Below are positions 11,437 to 25,114 of a stretch of DNA of 64,000 nt, one piece after another (the stretch's first letter is position 1; each line of letters opens with the position of its first letter). The stretch is taken from the NCBI GenBank assembly GCA_964016885.1, contig OZ024743.1, forward strand, positions 373,674,001 to 373,738,000, given 5' to 3'. The notes beneath the pieces were generated by a model, which saw nothing but the letters and a program-made list of their open reading frames with translations, made no database searches and was not told where the DNA came from. This stretch comes from Eledone cirrhosa. Taxonomy: Eukaryota. The translations under genes and the position numbers were made by a program.

Positions 11437-12465
11437 AGCAGCCACAGTATGCTAGGCTCCCTACACAGAGGGTATTGGCAGTAGATGGACCACCTAACAT
11501 CCACAGTGTGCCAAGTTCCCTACACTGAGGTTATTGGCAGCAGATAGACCACCTAACAGCCACAGTATGCCAAGCTCCCTACAAAGAGGATGTTGGCAGT
11601 AGAGCGACCACCTAACAGCCACAGCATGCTGAGCCCCAACCCAGGGTGTTAGTTGTGGAGTGACCACTTAAGTCACAGCATGCCCAGCATAGAGGGCAGT
11701 GGCAGTAGAGCGACCACCTAACAGCCACAGCATGCTGAGCCCCAACCCAGGGTGTTAGTTGTGGAGTGACCACTTAAGTCACAGCATGCCCAGCATAGAG
11801 GGCAGTGGCAGTAGAGTAACCACCTAACAGCCACAGCATGCTGAGCCCCAACCCAGGGTGTTAGTTGTGGAGTGACCACTTAAGTCACAGCATGCCCAGC
11901 ATAGAGGGCAGTGGCAGTAGAGTAACCACCTAACAGCCACAGCATGCTGAGCCCCAACCCAGGGTGTTAGTTGTGGAGTGACCACTTAAGTCACAGCATG
12001 CCCAGCATAGAGGGCAGTAGCAGTAGAGTAACCACCTAACAGTCACAGCATGCTGAGCCCCAACCCAGGGTGTTAGTTGTGGAGTGACCACTTAAGTGAC
12101 AGCATGCCCAGCATAGAGGGCAGTGGCAGTAGAGTAACCACCTAACAGTCACAGCATGCTGAGCCCCAACCCAGGGTGTTAGTTGTGGAGTGACCACTTA
12201 AGTGACAGCATGCCCAGCATAGAGGGCAGTAGCAGTAGAGTAACCACCTAACAGTCACAGCATGCTGAGCCCCAACCCAGGGTGTTAGTTGTGGAGTGAC
12301 CACTTAAGTGACAGCATGCCCAGCATAGAGGGCAGTGGCAGTAGAGTAACCACCTAACAGCCACAGCATGCCCCAGCATAGAGGGAAGTGGCAGTAGAGT
12401 AACCACCTAACAGCCACAGCATGCCCAGCATAGAGGGAAGTGGCAGTAGAGTAACCACCTAACCA
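11437..12465. repeat. Intronic minisatellite: 7 copies of a 106-bp dimeric unit flanked by related ~55-58-bp monomers
   Basis: CCAGGGTGTT recurs at 11641, 11747, 11853 ... 12277 (period 106); the monomer motif GGCAGTAGAG..ACCACCTAACAGCCACAG extends on both sides. Confidence 0.9.
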
Positions 12466-12786
12466 ATAGAATGTATCCTCTCCACAGGAGGTGAATGAAT
12501 AGTTGCTCCAATCTGGTCTCACAAAAACTGGGACGAGGCATGATTGTCAGATGGTAAATTATGATAAAGGCAATATAACCATTCAGCACCTCAACCCATC
12601 CTTTCTGATATAGTGTTCTATCTGGTCATTTCTGGGTGAGACTGGCCATCTTGTCCCGAGCAGAGCATAGGTGACCACTAGTCTGAAGGTACTGTCTTTG
12701 CAGCCATTCACATCAAGAATCACTGACTTATCACTGGGGCCAAGATATATTGTCCAAACCTTGATATCCAAACTGTAACTAGATGC
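12460..12786 (-). pseudogene. Decayed Tx1-type LINE endonuclease fragment
   Basis: Minus-strand LDIKVWTIYLGPSDKSVILDVNGCKDSTFRLVVTYALLG aligns by eye with LATQMVHLDPEGRLVVLDLGSGKGGAFRLVAAYGPFG of the ORF at 1206-4622; downstream frames give WSNYS..GYILLVR, similar to WANRS..YLDRFLVR. Confidence 0.6.
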
Positions 12787-13282
12787 TACAAAAGAAAAAT
12801 ATTTGAAAAAAAAAAGAAAAACGATTTTCAAAAATATAGAAGCAAAAATTGCAAAGAAATAAAAATAATATTGGTGTCTCATCTCTCTCTCTCTCTCTCT
12901 CTCACACACTGTTGTTCTCTCTTATTCTCTCTATCCATCTTACATCATGTCCCTCTAACTAACACTCTCCAGTTTAAGTGCCTTTGTACACATTGCCTTT
13001 GATCATGAGAGGTTTCCAGTGTTATGTCAATTCTGTTTCCTCAATGAAATGGATGATAGCTAATGGCAATTGTTCTCTCATCACACTTATTGATTCGCTG
13101 CACTCATTGACGATGCATAATTTAAGCCCAATAATAAAATCTGTATTTGTTATCTTCATTGAACTACTTTGATAGGTGTAGTATATGTAATTAGTCATTT
13201 GTTTAATTATTGCATGCCTTGTGTAGATAAGTATATATATATATATATATGAGTGTATGTGAGTGTGTGTGTGAGTGTGTGA

Positions 13283-13520
13283 TCATCATCATTGTTCTAG
13301 GTCTGCTTTTCCATACTTGCAATGGTTGGATGGGTCTTTCCCAGTTCAGCATACCACCACTCATTGTGTTTCTTGTCGTCATCTCTTTAAACTTCAGCAA
13401 TTAGATATCAGCTCTCACAGCCTCTGCCTAGGTCTTGGTTTCTTTTTTTGCTGTGGCTTCCTTCTACTGGGGTTACTTGGCATTCCTTTGCCCAACGAGC
13501 ATCATCCATTTGCATCATAT
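13283..13520 (-). mobile_element. RTE LINE 3' fragment
   Basis: Minus-strand MMQMDDARWAKECQVTPVEG.. resembles the RTE C-terminus; (GAT)n tail at 13283-13291. Confidence 0.7.
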
Positions 13521-14099
13521 TTTTACCAGGGCAGTCGTCTCTTACACTCATATATTTAAAAATTTGTTGTCTACATATAATATTTTGAGTAATTGGATTC
13601 GATTTAATTTGATTGAAAGAATGAAAGTTAACAATCCTAAACTGATTATATAACACATACAAAGAAACACGTGTCAGTGTTATGCAATAAATGACGATCT
13701 CACTCTTCTGGAATGTGGTGTTTTAAATATTTTTTGTAAATTTCTCTATATACTCCGTACATTTGGAACCTATAGTGGAGCTACCACAGGATTTACCAAA
13801 TGAAATAATTCAACTGTTGAATAAAACACTACTGTACATATGTATGTGTGTGTGTGTCCTTTAACCTAACAGTTTGACAAACAGATATCAATGAAATAAG
13901 TATTGAAAATAGATACTGGAGGTGATATGATTGACCAAAACCTTAGACTGTTCCAGCATGACTACAGTCTAATGAATGAAACCATTAAAAGAATATATGA
14001 GAATATATGATAGTATATTAAAATAATAATAAAATGATGTGTAATATTCCTTTATGATGTAATCTGTTGTAGATTTATATTTAATTTCTCTATTTCTAG

Positions 14100-14256
14100 G
14101 TACAGCTCGTCTGGGTTTCAATGCTTCAACGAAAGCCAATAGTGGAATTAAGTCTCCAGAGATGGAGAGGAAGAAATTAATTGTTCCTACTGTGGCTCTC
14201 AAGCAAGACTGGCGCCAGTTTGAATGCAAGACTTGGCACTTAGAACCTACAGTTCG
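14100..14256 (+). CDS. BLTP1: BLTP1/KIAA1109 penultimate exon
   Basis: Acceptor tatttctAG (14098-99), donor GTatgt (14257); my translation (S)TARLGFNASTKANSGIKSPEMERKKLIVPTVALKQDWRQFECKTWHLEPTV(R) contains the conserved DWRxFxCxTWHLEPT motif; phase 1-2; not in the ORF track. Confidence 0.92.
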
Positions 14257-14612
14257 GTATGTATCAATAAATATAGAATGGTAATGGTAATTGATATAAT
14301 GATTATTAGATTTGTCTATCTTTCACAGTTAAAATGTCATGGTAGTCTTTCTAAGAAGTTGTTTGTATTAGTTAAAAGAACATGCACAAAAAGTAGTCAT
14401 TTATGTCTGTCTGTCTTTGTGTATTTATCTATATCACTCCATACTTAAGGTTTATGACAGCCTGTAGAGTGGTTGTTTTGGTGTCAGTACCCAGTTTACA
14501 CTGTAAAGGGGTCATGTTGGTGACATGACAAAAAGCGCCCAGTTCACACTGTAAAGGGGTTGTGTAGGAGTCATGATAAAAAGTGCCCAGCCAGCCCGCA
14601 CAGTAAAGTGGA

Positions 14613-15602
14613 ATGTGACACTGCCGAGTCGTCAGCTGGAGTGGGACACTGCCGAGTTGTCAGCTGGAGTGGGACACTGCCGAGTTGTCAGCTGGAGTGG
14701 GACACTGCCGAGTTGTCAGCTGGAGTGGGACACTGCCGAGTCGTCAGCTGGAGTGGGACACTGCCGAGTCGTTATCTGGAGTGTGACACTGTTGAGTCGT
14801 CAGCTGGAGTGTGACACTGCCGAGTCGTCAGCTGGAGTGGGACACTGCCGAGTCGTCAGCTGGAGTGGGACACTGCCGAGTCGTCAGCTGGAGTGGGACA
14901 CTGCCGAGTCGTCAGCTGGAGTGTGACACTGTTGAGTCGTTATCTGGAGTGTGACACTGTTGAGTCGTCAGCTGGAGTGTGACACTGCCGAGTCGTCAGC
15001 TGGAGTGGGACACTGTTGAGTCGTCAGCTGGAGTGGGACACTGCCGAGTCGTCAGCTGGAGTGGGACACTGCCGAGTCGTCAGCTGGAGTGGGACACTGC
15101 CGAGTCGTCAGCTGGAGTGGGACACTGCCGAGTCGTCAGCTGGAGTGTGACACTGTTGAGTCGTTATCTGGAGTGTGACACTGTTGAGTCGTCAGCTGGA
15201 GTGTGACACTGCCGAGTCGTCAGCTGGAGTGGGACACTGTTGAGTCGTCAGCTGGAGTGGGACACTGCCGAGTCGTCAGCTGGAGTGGGACACTGCCGAG
15301 TCGTCAGCTGGAGTGGGACACTGCCGAGTCGTCAGCTGGAGTGGGACACTGCCGAGTCGTCAGCTGGAGTGGGACACTGCCGAGTCGTCAGCTGGAGTGG
15401 GACACTGCCGAGTCGTCAGCTGGAGTGGGACACTGCCGAGTCGTCAGCTGGAGTGGGACACTGCCGAGTCGTCAGCTGGAGTGTGACACTGTTGAGTCGT
15501 CAGCTGGAATGTGACACTGCCGAGTCGTCAGCTGGAGTGGGACACTGTTGAGTTGTCAGCTGGAGTGTGACACTGTTGAGTTGTCATCTGGAGTGTGACA
15601 CA
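14613..15602. repeat. 28-bp GC-rich minisatellite (GGGACACTGCCGAGTCGTCAGCTGGAGT), ~35 copies, in the last BLTP1 intron
   Basis: Period 28 (14643, 14671, ...); explains all ORFs from 14560 to 15551. Confidence 0.95.
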
Positions 15603-15675
15603 GCTGGTTAATGGGTTAAATTGTTTCTCTATTATCTCTTAATTTTTTCCCTATTTATTTTTCCCACTTTTCCAG

Positions 15676-15883
15676 GTTGGTGCATTGGGCTAGTCGCCAG
15701 ATTGATCCCATTGGAGTTGACTATATTTTACAGAAGCTCGGTTTCTCTCATGCTCGTGTTACCATTCCCAAATGGATGCAGCGTGGCTTCATGGACCCCA
15801 TGGACAAAATGTTGGCGGTCCTCGTCAACAAGCTGATGATTGTGCTCCGAGACAAACCAAACGCTGCCAACGAGGACACTTGA
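15676..15883 (+). CDS. BLTP1: BLTP1/KIAA1109 terminal coding exon
   Basis: Polypyrimidine tract + ttccAG; LVHWASRQIDPIGVDYILQKLGFSHARVTIPKWMQRGFMDPMDKMLAVLV..EDT* matches the recalled KIAA1109 end IDPVGVDYILQKLGFHHARTTIPKWLQRGVMDPLDK; phase 2 fits the previous exon. Confidence 0.95.
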
Positions 15884-16661
15884 GCCGACAAGATGGCGTC
15901 TCGTCTTGTTATAGACTTGACATGATATCTTAAATCTTCTCTAAATCACATGAATGGACGTTAAAATGGCTGTGCATCAGTAATGTGTAATAATTTCCCT
16001 CTCTTCCCCACCGTCATCAGTACAGCCAGATCAACAGCCACCACAACCACCACCACCACCATTATATAGTAATGATAACAATAATAATTTAATAGAGAGA
16101 TATGTTGTGTATAATAATACAGTAATTTATAAAGAACAACAAGAAAACAAAGAGGACAAAATAAACCACAGTGACTAGGTGGTGGAATTGGTTGAGCATC
16201 CAACAGAATACATTGTGTAATAATATTGGGTTACAGTACAGCCCTTTATATTCTGTGTTGAATTCCTGCCCAAAGTTCACTTTCTCTTTTATCCTTCCGA
16301 GGTTGATGAAAGTAAATACTGAGGTCAGTTTACTCTACGTAATCAACTGTGGTACCCCAGTATGACCACAGTTCAATAACTGAAACTGGAAACCAGTAAA
16401 AAGAATTAACAAAAAAAAAAAAAAAAGAAGAAAAAACATTCTATTTTTGTTGCTGGTGGTTTCTATGAAGTGCTGCAGGAATTAGAAGAGTGGGTGGAGG
16501 GGTGGTTGAAGGAAATCATGATATGAGGATTTGGGGTAGGTAAAGTGTTGTTATTTTTTAAAGTCTAGATTGGAATATACTAGAAATGGAAGAACTAAGA
16601 ACTTTGCTGTCTTCAATGTTCATGACACAGACAGGCATGATATTTTGGGGTTAGAACATTG

Positions 16662-16723
<62 letters not shown>

Positions 16724-16810
16724 GATTGTGTTGTTATTTCTGTTTACCTTTTACATACATGCATACGAACGTACGTACGTATGTATGTACCTATGTATGT
16801 ATGTATGTAT

Positions 16811-17337
16811 GAGGAGGGTGACTTTGGACGTCCTGCAGGACTAAAAACAAAACCTGCCAAAGGGCAAAGGAGCTCTTAAGAGTCAATGGCCATCCAAAAT
16901 CAACGGGAGAGATGACCCCTTAGCCTTTGTCAAGGCAGAATTCTAGGAGAAGGAAAACTCTGATATAACACCTGCAACCCTGATGGTATCCAATGATGTT
17001 GACTTGTTCTTCTTTTTGGTAAATATCATCTTGATTAAGAGCGTGGGACTGGCTTTGTGCAGTGCCTTTGCTTACTATAAAAGCTTCACGGCACAGGCAT
17101 TGCTTTATATCTGGAGATCTCTCTGCACTTGTCATCACATGGTACCATGGGCCCAGCACTATGTGTCAATAATTGTCACAAGTGCAGTTTTTGTACCAGA
17201 GTTTTCAAGTCATTGGCTGGACTAAAAAGTCACACTCGTTCAGCCCATCGGTAGGGGTTCTCCTACATGGATATAAAGTAGTGGCCGTACTCGAAAACGA
17301 GTTGGCAGCCACCATGTATGTATGTATGTATGTATGA
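16811..17337 (+). mobile_element. 3' portion of a LINE (probably RTE/BovB-like) with terminal C2H2 finger and (ATGT)n tail
   Basis: Encodes ..[26 protein letters not shown]; 3'UTR ends GAGTTGGCAGCCACC(ATGT)n; second copy at 33075-33226 (-). Confidence 0.65.
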
Positions 17338-17467
17338 GTGGGGCTGGATGCAGCTGTTTGGTGTAGCTTGCTTAGCAATAGCAGAAACATGCTGTTTCTT
17401 AAAAGTCCTATAGGGTCAGTTAATGTGTGTATGTATGTATGTATGTGTATATATGTATGTATATATG

Positions 17468-17502
<35 letters not shown>

Positions 17503-17571
17503 GTATATATATATGTATATATATATATGTATATGTATATATATATATGTATATATATATATGTATGTATA

Positions 17572-17614
<43 letters not shown>

Positions 17615-17809
17615 GTATATATATGTATATATATGTATATATATGTATATATATATGTATATATATGTATATATATATGTATATATATGTATATATATAT
17701 GTATATATATGTATATGTATATATATATATGTATATGTATATATATGTATATGTATATATATGTGTATATATGTATATATATATATATATGTATATATAT
17801 GTATATATG

Positions 17810-17842
<33 letters not shown>

Positions 17843-17909
17843 GTATATATATGTATATATATGTATATATATATATATGTATATATATGTATATATGTAT
17901 ATATATGTA

Positions 17910-17950
<41 letters not shown>

Positions 17951-18019
17951 GTATATATATGTATATATATATATATGTATATATATGTATATGTATATAT
18001 ATGTATATATATATGTATA

Positions 18020-18070
<51 letters not shown>

Positions 18071-18205
18071 GTATATATATATGTATATATATATATGTAT
18101 ATATATGTATATGTATATATATGTATATATATATATATGTATATATATGTATATATATATATATGTATATATATGTATATATATATATATATATGTATAT
18201 ATATG

Positions 18206-18286
<81 letters not shown>

Positions 18287-18287
18287 G

Positions 18288-18514
<227 letters not shown>

Positions 18515-18525
18515 GTATATATATG

Positions 18526-18652
<127 letters not shown>

Positions 18653-18663
18653 GTATATATATG

Positions 18664-18746
<83 letters not shown>

Positions 18747-18747
18747 G

Positions 18748-18832
<85 letters not shown>

Positions 18833-18855
18833 GTATATATGTATATATATATGTA

Positions 18856-18886
<31 letters not shown>

Positions 18887-18895
18887 ATATATATG

Positions 18896-18980
<85 letters not shown>

Positions 18981-18993
18981 GTATATATATATG

Positions 18994-19028
<35 letters not shown>

Positions 19029-19031
19029 GTG

Positions 19032-19100
<69 letters not shown>

Positions 19101-19167
19101 GTATATATATATATGTATATATATATGTATATATATATATGTATATATATATATGTATATATATATG

Positions 19168-19202
<35 letters not shown>

Positions 19203-19205
19203 GTG

Positions 19206-19274
<69 letters not shown>

Positions 19275-19275
19275 G

Positions 19276-19466
<191 letters not shown>

Positions 19467-19501
19467 GTATATATATATGTATATATATATATATGTATAT
19501 A

Positions 19502-19556
<55 letters not shown>

Positions 19557-19566
19557 GTATATATAT

Positions 19567-19608
<42 letters not shown>

Positions 19609-19789
19609 GTATATATATATGTATATATATATATATGTATATATATATGTATATATATATATATGTGTATATATATATATATATGTATATATGTATATAT
19701 ATATATATGTGTATATATATATATGTATATATATATGTATGTGTATATATATGTATATATATATGTATATATATATGTATATATATATG

Positions 19790-19822
<33 letters not shown>

Positions 19823-19823
19823 G

Positions 19824-19907
<84 letters not shown>

Positions 19908-19920
19908 TATGTATATATAA

Positions 19921-19979
<59 letters not shown>

Positions 19980-19992
19980 TATGTATATATAA

Positions 19993-20056
<64 letters not shown>

Positions 20057-20057
20057 G

Positions 20058-20190
<133 letters not shown>

Positions 20191-20191
20191 G

Positions 20192-20266
<75 letters not shown>

Positions 20267-20278
20267 ATGTATATGTAT

Positions 20279-20310
<32 letters not shown>

Positions 20311-20323
20311 GTATATATATATG

Positions 20324-20726
<403 letters not shown>

Positions 20727-20754
20727 GTATATGTATATATATATGTATATGTAT

Positions 20755-20805
<51 letters not shown>

Positions 20806-20820
20806 TATATGTATATGTAT

Positions 20821-20871
<51 letters not shown>

Positions 20872-20904
20872 TATATGTATATGTATATATATATGTATAT
20901 GTAT

Positions 20905-20992
<88 letters not shown>

Positions 20993-21003
20993 GTATATAT
21001 ATG

Positions 21004-21045
<42 letters not shown>

Positions 21046-21046
21046 T

Positions 21047-21242
21047 GTAATAGGAACCAGTAAGACCCCGACAGCTGAGCTCAAGCCGTTTCGACGGCTA
21101 ATTCTGGACTGAATTAGCCGTCGAAACGGCTTGAGCTCAGCTGTCGGGGTCTTACTGGTTCCTATTACCCACTCTACTCCCTCAAGTATTGAGTACTTTG
21201 GTGCGTTATGGTCCACCTGGTTCCTTACCACATTTCCTTCGT
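21047..21242 (+). mobile_element. Short insertion in (TA)n: perfect 58-bp inverted repeat containing the 3' half of a hammerhead ribozyme, plus a ~74-bp tail (probable Penelope-like/retrozyme remnant)
   Basis: 21047-21104 is the exact reverse complement of 21111-21168 around loop TGGACT; the right arm reads stem II-GAAA-ACGGCT/AGCTGT stem III-GUC. Confidence 0.7.
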
Positions 21243-21248
21243 TATATA

Positions 21249-21297
<49 letters not shown>

Positions 21298-21300
21298 GTA

Positions 21301-21352
<52 letters not shown>

Positions 21353-21355
21353 TAT

Positions 21356-21590
21356 CATCATCATTTTACGTCCGCTTTTCCCTGCTTGCAAGGGTGGGAC
21401 GGGTCTTATTCAGCACAGCATCTCTCCACGCGTCACGGTCCCTCGTCATCTCCACCGTGAGCTTCAATGATCTGAGGTCTGTTCTCACCACCTCCGCCCA
21501 TGTTTTTCGTGGTCTACCTCTACCACGTCTTCCTTCAACTGGCATTTCCTGGCACTTCTTCACCCATCGGTCATCCTCCATGCGCATCAC
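21356..21590 (-). mobile_element. RTE LINE 3' end inserted in (TA)n
   Basis: [34 protein letters not shown]...RDRDAWR, homologous to the C-terminus of ORF 29771..31399; tail GGAAAAGCGGACGTAAAATGATGAT. Confidence 0.88.
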
Positions 21591-21595
21591 ATATG

Positions 21596-21786
<191 letters not shown>

Positions 21787-21787
21787 G

Positions 21788-21910
<123 letters not shown>

Positions 21911-21933
21911 ATATATATATATATGTATATATG

Positions 21934-22078
<145 letters not shown>

Positions 22079-22099
22079 GTATATATATATGTATATATG

Positions 22100-22150
<51 letters not shown>

Positions 22151-22233
22151 GTATATATATATGTATATATATATATATATGTGTATATATATATATGTGT
22201 ATATATATATATATGTGTATATATATATATGTG

Positions 22234-22304
<71 letters not shown>

Positions 22305-22371
22305 GTGTATATATATATATGTGTATATATATATATGTGTATATATATATATGTGTATATATATATATGTG

Positions 22372-22550
<179 letters not shown>

Positions 22551-22649
22551 ATATATATGTGTATATATATATGTATATATGTATATGTATATATGTATAT
22601 ATATATGTATATGTATATATGTATATATATGTATATATGTATATATATG

Positions 22650-22682
<33 letters not shown>

Positions 22683-22735
22683 GTATATATATATATGTAT
22701 ATATATGTATATATATATGTATATATATATATATG

Positions 22736-22778
<43 letters not shown>

Positions 22779-22795
22779 ATATATATATATATAGG

Positions 22796-22857
<62 letters not shown>

Positions 22858-23573
22858 CATTTATATATGTGCGTGTATATGTGTGTATATATGTGTATAT
22901 ATGTATGTATATATGTGTATGTATATGTGTATATATATGTGTATGTATGTATGTGTATATATGTTTATATGTATGTATATATATGTTTATATGTATATAT
23001 ATATGTATATATATCTCTATATGTGTGTATATATGTATGTATATATATTTCTATATATATGTGTATATATGTATGTGTATATATATATATGTATATATAT
23101 TTCTATATATATGTGTATATATGTATGTGTATATATATATACAAATACATATATATAAATATATGTATTTGTATGTATGTTTATATATATATGTATGTGT
23201 ATGTATGTTTATATATATGTATGTGTATGTATGTTTATATATATTTGTATGTATGTTTATATATATGTATGTATATATGTATATATATGTTTATATATAT
23301 GTATGTATATATATGTTTATATATATGTATGTATATATATGTATATATATATATGTGTGTGTATATGTATATATATGTATATGTTTATATATATGTATGT
23401 ATATATGTGTGTATATATATATATACACACATGTGTCTGTATTAATAGTTTAACTCAACTCAGGTACATTACTTGAAGTTTCACCAATATGAGAAATACT
23501 CTTGATCATCGTAACACTTCTGAGTCAGGGATTTATTGAAGCTCCATTGAGGAGAGAATCAGAAACAAAACTG

Positions 23574-23644
<71 letters not shown>

Positions 23645-24444
23645 TAGTATATCTGTAGAAATAATGTGTACATATATGGGTGTGTGGGGTAGGGCTAGAA
23701 GTTAGAGGTGTTGTAGCTTGCTTAGCAATAGCAGAAACATGTTGTTTCTTAAGATCGCATAGCCAGTTAATGTGTGTGTATGTGTATAGCATTTTGTATT
23801 AATAGTTTGTCTCAGAAGTATATCACAGATGCGAGGAAAAAAAATGATCATTCTGAATCCTACTTTTGAGCCAGGTATTGAAACCTTGATGTTTCATAGA
23901 TCAGAGAATTAGAAACACATCTGATTGTTCGGACACTTATTTTTCACTTTGAATAGCCAGGAGTGTGAAACTTCAACTAATGCATCTCTGAGTCAAACTG
24001 TAAATACATGTGTGATGTGTGTGTATACACACACACACAAATGTATATATACCTACATACATATATATGTATATATCCTTTGTCACTTATATACACACAT
24101 AGATGTTCATAAGTGAAAAGTAACTTTAAAAAAATAACACCCTCCTGAACCTCTCCATCATCTTTTTCCTGCCATATTCCCAATATTTTAGTTTCTGTTG
24201 CTGTGGTGCTGTTGTCTTTTATTGGGTCAAGTTGACCAGCAATCAGTGATGTTTGAGTTGTCTTTTGTTGAGTTGACCTGCAACTAATGATGTTTAAGTC
24301 TTTTGTTAGGTCAACCTGATCAACAATGAATGTTGTTTGAATTGTCTTTCGTTGGGTCAATTTAACCAACAATTAATTATGTTTGATCCGTCTTGTTGGG
24401 TCAAGCTTACCAGCAATCAATGTTTGATGTTTAAACGTAGTAAA

Positions 24445-24637
24445 TAATATATACTTATGTATAAGTCACACCTTTTTCCATGGAAAAAGAAAACACACAA
24501 AGTAAAAGCCAGTGTAGGACTTACCTACTGGACTAACAAAACCTTGTGTGTGAGTCAAGTGCTGAGCCAAGGATGTTATATGTAAAATGGTGGTGCAGCT
24601 TGTATTCTGACGTGACTTATACATGAGCATATACAGT
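24445..24637. mobile_element. Degraded TA-flanked Tc2/pogo-like MITE
   Basis: Imperfect inverted ends TATATACTTATGTATAAGTCA / TGACTTATACATGAGCATATA. Confidence 0.5.
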
Positions 24638-24895
24638 AAATGAATTTTTCAAAAATAGATATTTTTTAAGAAAAAAAAGATTTCAGTAAAACCAAAAAAT
24701 ATATAAATGAGCTAAATAAAAATATAAAACAAAAAATTGTCAACTAATGTGAATATTTTCTTTATATGTATGTTTCTGTTGAGATGTATATATTTATGTA
24801 TGTAATGTGTTTGTCTGTCTATATAAATATATACACATTGATGTTTATAAATGAAAAATAATAAAAAAAAAATTGAAAAAGATATGTAGACTTAA

Positions 24896-25114
24896 CCATT
24901 TAGCATTTACATTACTCTATATATACTATTATATTTTCATGGTAAAGGCTTTACCTCACATAATTATCTCACATAATATTGAATCTATAAGATTTTAATA
25001 TTATTTATTTTGAGAACATACCTTAATATCAGTATGAATGGCCGGTTAGAGCCAGTTTGAACAGAAAGAGGTGAGAGAATTCTGCCGGAAATGTCTGGTT
25101 TAAATGCTAAAGGG
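24896..25114 (-). mobile_element. TTAA-flanked piggyBac-like MITE (copy 2)
   Basis: TTAA at 24892-95 and 25115-18; ends CCATTTAGCATTTA / TAAATGCTAAAGGG; reverse-complement homolog of copies 1 and 3. Confidence 0.82.

Noticed and set aside
12583-12909. Possible antisense nested exon (good polypyrimidine-AG at ~12787)
   Set aside because: Better explained as a decayed Tx1 endonuclease fragment with frameshifts
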